A stretch of 64,000 bases of DNA from a virus (Duplodnaviria; Caudoviricetes). Position 1 is the first letter of the stretch. Each line of letters opens with the position of its first letter. Below the pieces are notes generated by a model. The model searched no databases, was not told the origin of the DNA, and saw nothing but the letters and a program-made list of their open reading frames with translations. The stretch spans positions 24,887 through 88,886 of the IMG/VR virus record IMGVR_UViG_3300030433_002124; one strand, given 5' to 3'. Shown piece by piece: positions 51,536 through 59,075 of the stretch. A program made the position numbers and the translations under genes.

Positions 51536-52739
51536 ATTCATTAATATTAATAAGTTCAACATTATAATCCTCTTGAGAAGAAGCTATCCATTTCTCTTCT
51601 TGACTATTTTCAACATAGATACGATATATAACAGCCTGCTTGTCTTTTTCCCAACGAACAGTACGACCTATTCGTTGTATCATATCTTTAGTTTTGCTTG
51701 TTCCACTAGCTATAATAGCCATAGAAATATCAGGTACATTCATACCCTCGTTCAAAGCCTTAGCAGTAGATATTCGTGTTATTGAGTTCCCGCTCTTCAA
51801 TAAATCTAAGTTTTCAGTTCTTTTCTTTTTAGAAATTTTACTATGAAAACTTACACAATTATCTAATCTATCTGTGACTTTGTCAGCAAATTCAATAGTC
51901 TGAGAAAATATAATAGCTTTTTTCTCAAGATTCATATTTGAAATTAAATTAACTGCATCTAACTTAGCGCTAGCATTATATATTATATTTTTACGCTTAG
52001 TCATTGCAGCATTACACATATAAGGGTAGGATGAATTTGTATTATCTAATACTTCTCCTTTACCTCTTAAAAATGTATCATATTTGGTTGGGTTCATACA
52101 TGCAAACATTACTTTTAAATCTTTATTAAAATAAGGAAATAAAGAGTTAAATGTTCTATCTGCTTTTGTATATTCAGATAATTCAGAAGTTGTTAACTTA
52201 ATTGGCACGTTATATATCTTGAAAGGACTAATCAATCCAAGATCTTCTGCTTCATTAGTTGTAACACTGTGAATAACAGGACATATACCTGATAAAATAC
52301 GTAATTTGATTTTATCTACATAGGCAGTTAACCCTAATATTTTCTGATATCTGTTGTTAACAAAAAAATTAACATACTTTGGGCTCATATAATTATGAAC
52401 CTCATCAGCTATTATTAAATTAAATGTATGACCCATCCATTTATATGCGGTTTGTATACAAACACATTTAACACATTGTTCATATACATCACCTTCGTTC
52501 CATTTATAAAATTCATCTCTCCAAGATCTATCTCTAATAGTTTCAGTAGGAGTTAATATTAATATCCTAGCATCCATATCAGTTAATCTGGCGATGTAAG
52601 CTGCAGCTAGCACACCACATCGTGTTTTACCGGTTCCGGTAGCATACTGCAATGTCCCCCTGCCAAACCACGGCTTACTCCACCATTTATTTAAACCTTG
52701 TCTTTGAATTTTATCTTTAGATTCAGATATTTTATTCAT
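51519..52739 (-). CDS. Superfamily 2 helicase (UvsW/XPB-like)
   Basis: ATGTGKT, IIADEVH, LGLTA, LNEGMNVP and QRIGRTVR. Confidence 0.9.
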   Translation of the reverse strand: MNKISESKDKIQRQGLNKWWSKPWFGRGTLQYATGTGKTRCGVLAAAYIARLTDMDARILILTPTETIRDRSWRDEFYKWNEGDVYEQCVKCVCIQTAYKWMGHTFNLIIADEVHNYMSPKYVNFFVNNRYQKILGLTAYVDKIKLRILSGICPVIHSVTTNEAEDLGLISPFKIYNVPIKLTTSELSEYTKADRTFNSLFPYFNKDLKVMFACMNPTKYDTFLRGKGEVLDNTNSSYPYMCNAAMTKRKNIIYNASAKLDAVNLISNMNLEKKAIIFSQTIEFADKVTDRLDNCVSFHSKISKKKRTENLDLLKSGNSITRISTAKALNEGMNVPDISMAIIASGTSKTKDMIQRIGRTVRWEKDKQAVIYRIYVENSQEEKWIASSQEDYNVELININEYENNS

Positions 52740-54607
52740 TATTTACTCCATTTTTTAGTTATTGTATAATCTACAGTCATATCAAACCCTTTGATAATCT
52801 TTTCACCGGCCTTTTTCATTATGTCACATTGTATTTCAGCCCATTCTTTTGCAAAATCATCTCTAACTTCTACACCTATCTCATCATGTACTTGTGTTAC
52901 CATATAACATGGTAAATTATCTTCAATGATACGACTTCTAATCATTAACATAGCTTGTTTAATCATATCTGCACCAGTACCCTGGATAGGAGTATTTTTA
53001 GAAGCACGTTCAATAGCTCCTTTAGTTTTAAAATCTTGAGGTGAATTTTGTATACCTTGATACCATAGAGGAAACCATCTAATTCTTCGAAAAGGTCTAA
53101 ATGTCCTAATATGTCCATGGTTTACGCCATACGCTCCAAGTTTAGTTAAAAATGATTTTATATTTGGAAATGCACTAAAATATTTTTTTATAAGTATATC
53201 AGCTTCATCAACACTAATATTTAATGTATCAGATAGTTTAAATTTACTCATGCCATAAGCTAGACCAAAATTGATAGTCTTAATCATTGTTCTCAATGCT
53301 TTTTTATCTCCAGTATGCCATTTATCTCCAAATACTAACTCTGCACAAACTGAATGTAGATCTTCATTATTCTTTCTACATTTAATCCATACAGGATCTT
53401 GAGAACCGTAAGCTATAATAGCTAACTCCTGTCCGCTGTAATCAACAGATACAATACTGTATCCATCTCTCGCAGTGAAACAATTCCTAAACTCATTCCT
53501 GGCTGGAATGTTTTGCATATTAGGCTTACGATCCTCTTTTGATCCACTAGACACACGTCCAGTGTTTAATACTTGCCAAAAGCTGGTTCTAACCTTACCA
53601 TCCTTCATGACATATTTAAGAAATGATTTACCATAAGTACTTGATATTTTTTGTTTTTCTTTATATCGTAAGTACTTGGTAATCAGAGGTCTATCTTTAA
53701 ATTTAGATAATTCAAATGCATTAGTATTATCTAATTTTCTTTTTAGATAGCTCTCCATTACCTTCTTAACTTGAGTTGGAGATGACCACTTAACATTGAC
53801 TTTTCTTAACTCTTCGGCAGGTGTAAACATATCGAGCTGTAAATAATTAGGCATGAAATCAGTCAATTCATTACTAATTATTTCTTTATCTAATTCAAGC
53901 TCAATCTCTCGTACTAATTCATCGTTACTATCTGCATTTGAAAGCCACGAGTCCTGATCAAAACATAGACCATTATATTCTATGTCAGCAAAAGCTAAAG
54001 ATGCTTTATTCTCTAATACTAAAACATGATTCAATTCAAGCTTGTGTATTTGATCTAATTGTTTCGTCATGATTTGCATGAGAAATTCAACATCTTGCGC
54101 GCCATAGCATATCTGCTCGGTTGTAAAAGGTCTCCCTTCTAAACCTATGAACTTATTACGAACTTCCTTGTTAAGTGATACCTCCAGATATCTTTGAGTT
54201 AAATGATTAAGACTATAACCATATTTATCCTTACCACAATTTAATACACATTCTGCCAACATAGTGTCATATATGTTATTTAAATTGATATTATAATTTG
54301 ATTTAATAAATTTATAATCAAATTTAACATTGTGAAATATTTTTACTCTTTCACTATCTTCTAGATAAGGTCTTAATGGTTCGATAGATACAGTTCTAGT
54401 ATCAATAACATACTGAACTTCATCTGTTCCAATTTGAAACATGATTATCTTTTTTGTTAGAAAGTCTTTACCATTTGTTTCTGTGTCTATAGCAAATACA
54501 TATTGTCTAGATATATATTCGACACAATCATCTATTGTCCCTAACTCAAAAGGACACAGACTTGTATGTAACGGTTTTTGTTCCGTTATTAAGATTATTT
54601 TTCCCAT
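52739..54607 (-). CDS. polA: DNA polymerase family A with 3'-5' exonuclease
   Basis: Exonuclease motifs DTET, FHNVKFD and YGAQD; polymerase motifs DYSGQEL, KTINFGLAYG and VHDE. Confidence 0.95.
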   Translation of the reverse strand: MGKIILITEQKPLHTSLCPFELGTIDDCVEYISRQYVFAIDTETNGKDFLTKKIIMFQIGTDEVQYVIDTRTVSIEPLRPYLEDSERVKIFHNVKFDYKFIKSNYNINLNNIYDTMLAECVLNCGKDKYGYSLNHLTQRYLEVSLNKEVRNKFIGLEGRPFTTEQICYGAQDVEFLMQIMTKQLDQIHKLELNHVLVLENKASLAFADIEYNGLCFDQDSWLSNADSNDELVREIELELDKEIISNELTDFMPNYLQLDMFTPAEELRKVNVKWSSPTQVKKVMESYLKRKLDNTNAFELSKFKDRPLITKYLRYKEKQKISSTYGKSFLKYVMKDGKVRTSFWQVLNTGRVSSGSKEDRKPNMQNIPARNEFRNCFTARDGYSIVSVDYSGQELAIIAYGSQDPVWIKCRKNNEDLHSVCAELVFGDKWHTGDKKALRTMIKTINFGLAYGMSKFKLSDTLNISVDEADILIKKYFSAFPNIKSFLTKLGAYGVNHGHIRTFRPFRRIRWFPLWYQGIQNSPQDFKTKGAIERASKNTPIQGTGADMIKQAMLMIRSRIIEDNLPCYMVTQVHDEIGVEVRDDFAKEWAEIQCDIMKKAGEKIIKGFDMTVDYTITKKWSK

Positions 54608-54655
54608 AATTTATTTTTTACTTCTGTGTATTATACACATGCTGGTTTATACTAT

Positions 54656-54886
54656 TCAATAAATAAGATCGTCAGCTTCTCTATGATTATTTATATTATT
54701 ATTAAGACCAAAGTCTTCAATATAACTAATAACTGACTCTACATATTTTGTTTTATATTCTACATTATTAAATGTAATAGTATCAATATTGTTATCTATT
54801 GCATTTTTATGCAACTGTTTCATCTCTGTTAAATCCTCCTGATCTAACAAAGAACACCATTTCATATAACTCATGATACTATTCAT
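54656..54886 (-). CDS. Hypothetical protein
   Basis: 76 aa ORF co-oriented with the operon. Confidence 0.6.
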   Translation of the reverse strand: MNSIMSYMKWCSLLDQEDLTEMKQLHKNAIDNNIDTITFNNVEYKTKYVESVISYIEDFGLNNNINNHREADDLIY

Positions 54887-54965
54887 TTAAATTACTTGTG
54901 AATATGGACCAAAAAGTCCACATAACTATTATAGCCGATACGACTATCACTATTTTTCCAATCAT
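54879..54965 (-). CDS. 28-aa single-TM peptide (MIGKIVIVVSAIIVMWTFWSIFTSNLNE)
   Basis: Read manually, below the ORF-track cutoff. Its stop overlaps the start of 54656..54886. Confidence 0.45.
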   Translation of the reverse strand: MIGKIVIVVSAIIVMWTFWSIFTSNLNE

Positions 54966-55033
54966 TTTAATCTATTTTATTAATTAATTACTATTTGCCT
55001 ACAGTATCTGATTAATAATGATTGTCCTGTTTG

Positions 55034-55150
55034 TAAATGTTGAGATGCTAGGAGTCGAACCTAAAAACACAGTCATGTTTCGAGTAACTAGCACACTCTC
55101 TCAATGTATTATACATCAAACATATTCCAACAATGTCATCTCAAACATTT
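55034..55150 (-). ncRNA. tRNA-like structured RNA
   Basis: 7-bp acceptor-like stem TGAGATG/CATCTCA, T-arm TTAGG-TTCGACT-CCTAG and D-like arm ACAT-TGTTGGAAT-ATGT, with an oversized, non-canonical interior. Confidence 0.5.
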
Positions 55151-55181
55151 ATTTGGTGCTGAATGATGTCTGTTAAACTAA

Positions 55182-55367
55182 TTACTTTAAAGGACCATGT
55201 ATAGCTTTAATGTATGTACCATTATGGCCATCCCATGCTATTCTACCTTTTTTATGTAATTTAGTTCTCCATTTTAATTCTTTCATACGATCTTTGTAGT
55301 CTTCTCGAGACTCACCTGGTTCACGCGTTCCATTCATGTTGATATTGTAAAAAGCTGATTCACTCAT
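55182..55367 (-). CDS. Small basic hypothetical protein
   Basis: 61 aa, downstream of a host-type promoter. Confidence 0.65.
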   Translation of the reverse strand: MSESAFYNINMNGTREPGESREDYKDRMKELKWRTKLHKKGRIAWDGHNGTYIKAIHGPLK

Positions 55368-55406
55368 TTATTTAAGTTTTTATCTATAAAATTATTTACT
55401 AATATA

Positions 55407-55438
55407 CAAAAATAAAAGCCTAATGCTAGCCCTGCAAG
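55407..55438 (-). promoter_or_regulatory. Bacteroidota-type promoter for the replication operon
   Basis: - strand CTTG (55438-55435), a 20-nt spacer and TATTTTTG (55414-55407). Confidence 0.55.
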
Positions 55439-55464
55439 AAAACTTATAACAGTTATTTCTGTAA

Positions 55465-55713
55465 TCATATTGTTCCAATTATTAAACATGTGATTGCAGA
55501 CTTCAAACTATTTATTCTCTCGTCTATTACATTTATATCTTCTTGACTTGCTGTTTTTATAATACTATTCTTTAAAGCTTCAAACTCTACAAGTTTAGCA
55601 TCTAATACCTTAACAGCATAAGGTAATTCAGTTTTCCTTTTACTAGGATTTTGACTTAAATTCATAAGATATTCATATTTCTTATGAATTTCATCATTTA
55701 TATTTAATTTCAT
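55465..55713 (-). CDS. Hypothetical helical protein
   Basis: 82 aa ORF overlapping the upstream small gene. Confidence 0.6.
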   Translation of the reverse strand: MKLNINDEIHKKYEYLMNLSQNPSKRKTELPYAVKVLDAKLVEFEALKNSIIKTASQEDINVIDERINSLKSAITCLIIGTI

Positions 55714-55873
55714 GATCCCATTTTAATAACATTAATACTACAGCTGTAAATAACAAGGCAGAACCTGCTAAAGCTATGATGTCCAGTTGTTCTGTTATAA
55801 TTAACTCATAATAGAACATAATCCAGTTAAGACAAGCGCCTAACGCGATTACATAAAAAAATATTCTTTTCAT
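55694..55873 (-). CDS. 59-aa two-TM membrane protein
   Basis: Read manually: MKRIFFYVIALGACLNWIMFYYELIITEQLDIIALAGSALLFTAVVLMLLKWDHEIKYK. Confidence 0.6.
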   Translation of the reverse strand: MKRIFFYVIALGACLNWIMFYYELIITEQLDIIALAGSALLFTAVVLMLLKWDHEIKYK

Positions 55874-55875
55874 AA

Positions 55876-56037
55876 TTATTTAGTTTTATTATACGCCTGG
55901 AATTGTTTTAATAAGGTTTTAAACTTGCGTTTTAATTTCTCTGTATCATATACTTTTCTATATCCAGGCTTATTATAGGTATATTCTACTTCTACAGGAA
56001 ATACTTCTTCGTAAATATGTCCTTTTTTACTTTCCAT
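55876..56037 (-). CDS. 53-aa hypothetical protein
   Basis: Read manually: MESKKGHIYEEVFPVEVEYTYNKPGYRKVYDTEKLKRKFKTLLKQFQAYNKTK; 2 nt from the next start. Confidence 0.6.
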   Translation of the reverse strand: MESKKGHIYEEVFPVEVEYTYNKPGYRKVYDTEKLKRKFKTLLKQFQAYNKTK

Positions 56038-56159
56038 ATTTAATAATTATTTAATATTAGTTTAACATTCTTTTAACATTAGATATGTATATTACACTTA
56101 ATGAGAATAGACATAACTAAATATTTATACATTATCTTAATGATAACAGTATTTCTTTT

Positions 56160-56600
56160 AAGCGTATAAGCCTAGTGATACTTTCGATAATAATGGGTTT
56201 AACACTCTAGCTCTTTAGCACTGTGTTAGGTCATCCTTAGGATTACTTTCCCGCGATAAGCTGGCCGGCTTATCTTTATTATCTAATAATATCACTGGCT
56301 CATACATAAACACTGACAAGATCAGAGCAGTCCAGAGTTCGCACGCTAATGTATCGTAAATTACATGCTAACTATCATAACCTGGGTTGTCCAAGCTAAG
56401 TCTTATGCAAAATAATTTTTCTCGATCATTAGATTAGAAAACAACGTGATGTTTATCGTAAATACCCGTTCGGATAAATAGGATAAACACACTATCTGGT
56501 GACGTGCTTTACAAGACCCGTGTACACCAATAAGTGTGTGGTACATAAGGATTTAATCTTATGTCTAATGCAGCCTCACGGCTCAACACTTGTCATTGTT
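56160..56600 (-). ncRNA. Candidate large multi-domain structured RNA
   Basis: No ORF of 60 aa or more and raised GC. Many nested stems, e.g. 56164-56180 with 56290-56305, 56255-56261 with 56268-56274, and a GNRA hairpin AGCC-GTGA-GGCT at 56572-56583. Confidence 0.55.
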
Positions 56601-57010
56601 TATATTTTAAAAGAGGAGCTCCCACATGCTTAATATTAAAATTATTATAAAAATCTATTTACATGTACGAATGAGAAAATAAAATCTACTTACATCGAGC
56701 ACTCCTCTTAAGTTTGAGAAAGAGCTAGGTTGATCAGCATTACCCCAATGCTTCATTTTCACTAACTCAATCTCTTGTATTAAGACTATGTGAACAGGAA
56801 ATGGTATCAATTCACACAAAGTATAACAGGATGTTAATAATTAAGATACAACCTATTCACATAGTCAATATTATATCTACGGTATACAATCCTTCATTTA
56901 GATATAATTATAAGTTGGTAGGACTTAATGAAGAGATAAAAAGAGGCTGACAACAAACAGACAAAAACACTCTTGGAACATATTACTAGTGTCCCTATCC
57001 TACCATAGTT

Positions 57011-57268
57011 TTAATGCTCCTTATACTTATCAATAGAAAAGAATATTCCTACTCCTCTACCACAATCTTTTCTTACTTCATTTAATATTATAACAAAGAA
57101 ACAGCCTACAAGCATAGATAATTGCATAGATATTAAATCTAGCCATACTGTACCTGTAAACTCTCCTGTCATTATGTAATAAGGGAAATAAAAGAATAAA
57201 AAGACTGCACCTGCCATAAAAGCAAATTTAATCAGCGTTTCTAAACAGAAATACAAAGTTTTTTTCAT
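57011..57268 (-). CDS. Two-TM membrane protein
   Basis: 85 aa with two hydrophobic segments, downstream of the TATAGCGAAAGTAT motif. Confidence 0.6.
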   Translation of the reverse strand: MKKTLYFCLETLIKFAFMAGAVFLFFYFPYYIMTGEFTGTVWLDLISMQLSMLVGCFFVIILNEVRKDCGRGVGIFFSIDKYKEH

Positions 57269-57290
57269 TTTAATTTAATTTAAATAGTTA

Positions 57291-57304
57291 ATACTTTCGC
57301 TATA
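57291..57304 (-). promoter_or_regulatory. Repeated motif B TATAGCGAAAGTAT (copy 1)
   Basis: Exact 14-nt copy of 58112-58125; both lie upstream of - strand genes. Confidence 0.5.
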
Positions 57305-57311
57305 AATATAA

Positions 57312-57353
57312 TGATAGATAATGAGCCGTAGCTATAAAGCCCATTATCTATCA
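57312..57353 (-). terminator. Long hairpin after the 229-aa gene
   Basis: Perfect 12-bp TGATAGATAATG/CATTATCTATCA arms; terminator or processing stem. Confidence 0.5.
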
Positions 57354-57370
57354 ATATACATCCAGCAAGA

Positions 57371-58060
57371 TTATAATCTCTTATTTAGAATGTCATCAAA
57401 TGCTTTTTCCGATGTAGCATTTGCTTCAACAGTCATAGAAGCTTCTTTCATCTCAGGTATCAATGTATGATCCCAATTTCTATTTACTTCACCTGTTGCA
57501 GTATTCAATTCTTCAACTTGAACATTCACATTACTAAATATCATTGCTTTAGTTCCATTATTATCACCATAAATGATAGGACCATCTTTACCAGCTCTTT
57601 TACATCTGTTTTCAGGGTCTTCAGCTTGATAGTCATTCATTTCAAATGTTTCTGTAACTTGCAATTTAAACATGTACTTTTTATCACCTATTGCTAAGTG
57701 AGCACCTTTAGCACCTACAAATTTACCTTCACCAATTTGTAAATTGTCAAAATCTTCTTGTTTTAATGTAATACCACTATTTTTAGCAATTTCAGTTAAT
57801 TGTTTAGCTGTAGACAGTACCCATGCACGTCTTGCACCACGTTTAAATCGATTATCATCTAAATTTAATAGTTGTAATGCACTATTGCTATTATTGTTGC
57901 TTACATTTAAGATTTCACCAAATTGACCTTGATATTGAGGTTGACCTGTATCTACTCCATCCTTGTGTACATTTCTTACTCGCTGGATAGCTAAAAGGGC
58001 ACAATCTCCCACATTCATTGTAGGTGTGAATTGATTTATTCTATTTTTCGTATCTTCCAT
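57371..58060 (-). CDS. Early-region hypothetical protein (beta-rich, possibly nucleic-acid binding)
   Basis: 229 aa with its own upstream motif and downstream hairpin; no family recognised. Confidence 0.7.
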   Translation of the reverse strand: MEDTKNRINQFTPTMNVGDCALLAIQRVRNVHKDGVDTGQPQYQGQFGEILNVSNNNSNSALQLLNLDDNRFKRGARRAWVLSTAKQLTEIAKNSGITLKQEDFDNLQIGEGKFVGAKGAHLAIGDKKYMFKLQVTETFEMNDYQAEDPENRCKRAGKDGPIIYGDNNGTKAMIFSNVNVQVEELNTATGEVNRNWDHTLIPEMKEASMTVEANATSEKAFDDILNKRL

Positions 58061-58111
58061 AAGATAATTTGCACGGTTATAACAGTGTGCTCTTCGTTTT
58101 TGTAGATTACT

Positions 58112-58125
58112 ATACTTTCGCTATA
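58112..58125 (-). promoter_or_regulatory. Repeated motif B TATAGCGAAAGTAT (copy 2)
   Basis: Exact repeat of 57291-57304, lying within a 10-bp inverted repeat (58105-58114 / 58139-58148). Confidence 0.5.
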
Positions 58126-58318
58126 TATATATTAATATTATAGTAATCAGGGTTATGTATAAAATGATTAAAATGTAGGTTTAAACATATACTACCGTAA
58201 GAGAATACATTTACTTTCGTAATTATGCTTTCACTCTGTTGGTTAGATTTGTTTTAATGAGACAATCAGGAATATAATTCTTTGTATTCTCTCTTTAGTA
58301 GCTATGTTTAATCCCTAC

Positions 58319-58352
58319 TTTAGTAAAGGTCCTTGATCTATAAAAAAAAGAC
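58319..58352 (-). repeat. Motif A direct repeat copy 1 (T-tract-ATAGATC-nn-GACCTT-ACTAAA)
   Basis: 30/35 identical to 58546-58580; a partial third copy lies at ~58934-58952. Confidence 0.65.
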
Positions 58353-58398
58353 TGCTTAATCAAATGTTCATTTCATATGAGGGTACAATTAAACAGTC
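58350..58398 (-). terminator. Intrinsic terminator
   Basis: GACTGTTTAAT/ATTAAGCAGTC stem with a U-G pair on the - strand, followed by a T8 tract. Confidence 0.6.
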
Positions 58399-58439
58399 AT
58401 CCCTAACCAAAGAGTAGAACAGTGAGCTAGAAACAGACA

Positions 58440-58520
58440 TTAGAAGCCTGTTTCATAGCTATCTTTTTCAGCATAAAGTTCTTCAATAAGATCTTCATAA
58501 GTTAATTCTTTATCATTCAT
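58440..58520 (-). CDS. 26-aa acidic peptide (MNDKELTYEDLIEELYAEKDSYETGF)
   Basis: Read manually; sits between motif A copy 2 and a terminator. Confidence 0.4.
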   Translation of the reverse strand: MNDKELTYEDLIEELYAEKDSYETGF

Positions 58521-58545
58521 GATCAGTTGGATTTAGTTACCAAAA

Positions 58546-58580
58546 TTTAGTGAAGGTCATAGATCTATTAAAAAAAACAC
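58546..58580 (-). repeat. Motif A direct repeat copy 2
   Basis: TTTAGTGAAGGTCATAGATCTATTAAAAAAAACAC on the + strand. Confidence 0.65.
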
Positions 58581-58625
58581 TAATTACCCCGAAGGGGCTG
58601 CACTGAGTAAGAGAGTGTGCAGCAA
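58570..58625 (-). terminator. Hairpins plus U tract after the 80-aa gene
   Basis: GCTGCAC/GTGCAGC stem, CCC-UUCG-GGG tetraloop hairpin on the - strand, then T8. Confidence 0.6.
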
Positions 58626-58675
58626 CTCCCCAAGCTGTATTGTCTTGCTGGACTTGTAGCTTGCTACTCTAACGC

Positions 58676-58918
58676 TTACTTCAAGATCACATAGCCATGC
58701 TTAGCCATGATATCCTTGATAGCTTTGTGTACTTCTTCACTGTACACTATGAACTCAGTCTTGTTAGCAACAGTTAACTCACCTGTGTTGATGTCAACAT
58801 CAGTTACAGTTCCTGATTGCTCAAGTACTAAGATCTCACCACCACCATTCTCAGCCTTACGAGTGTAAGGACCACGAACTGTAGTGAAAGCGTTAGATGG
58901 AATGTTATTCGCATCCAT
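58676..58918 (-). CDS. First early-region hypothetical protein
   Basis: 80 aa with locally GC-richer codon use; motif A partial copy just upstream. Confidence 0.65.
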   Translation of the reverse strand: MDANNIPSNAFTTVRGPYTRKAENGGGEILVLEQSGTVTDVDINTGELTVANKTEFIVYSEEVHKAIKDIMAKHGYVILK

Positions 58919-58955
58919 ATCTACTATTTGTACAGTTCATGGATCTATTTAATTT

Positions 58956-59075
58956 CGACCCACGGGGGGTTTGATTGCGCGTTGGGCCCGGGGGGAGTTG
59001 TCATAAATGGTCTGCATCTCTGAATACTTACTATGAAAAAAAATATTAAAAAAATTTTTTTTAAAAAATATTTTA
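58956..59075. other. Strand-divergence point with G-rich island and A/T tracts (candidate terminus/pac/origin)
   Basis: G6 at 58964-58969, G3 at 58984-58986 and G6 at 58990-58995 in an AT-rich genome, followed by long A and T tracts between divergent gene blocks. Confidence 0.4.

Noticed and set aside
22854-54607. Inteins or introns in the RNAP or PolA genes
   Set aside because: No intein boundary motifs or LAGLIDADG/HNH inserts were recognised; PolA is normal length with contiguous motifs.
56150-56280. Group I intron (GCGGGAAA resembles the P element)
   Set aside because: No matching Q (CGCAG), R or S elements or P7 could be found, and the region does not interrupt a gene.
56340-56590. Group II intron (GTGCG and GAGCCG substrings on the - strand)
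   Set aside because: No domain V/VI geometry, no RT/maturase and no interrupted ORF.
56660-56760. 33-aa ORF MKHWGNADQ... on the - strand within the stem array
   Set aside because: It runs across stem boundaries and has no supporting features; the RNA-structure explanation is stronger.
42758-57926. Short + strand ORFs inside the - strand module (42758, 43395, 51513, 51640, 54441, 57467, 57744)
   Set aside because: They are antisense shadows of well-supported genes.
56650-58952. CRISPR or mini-CRISPR array
   Set aside because: Repeats occur in only 2-3 copies with irregular spacing, do not match a recognised CRISPR repeat, and no cas genes are present.
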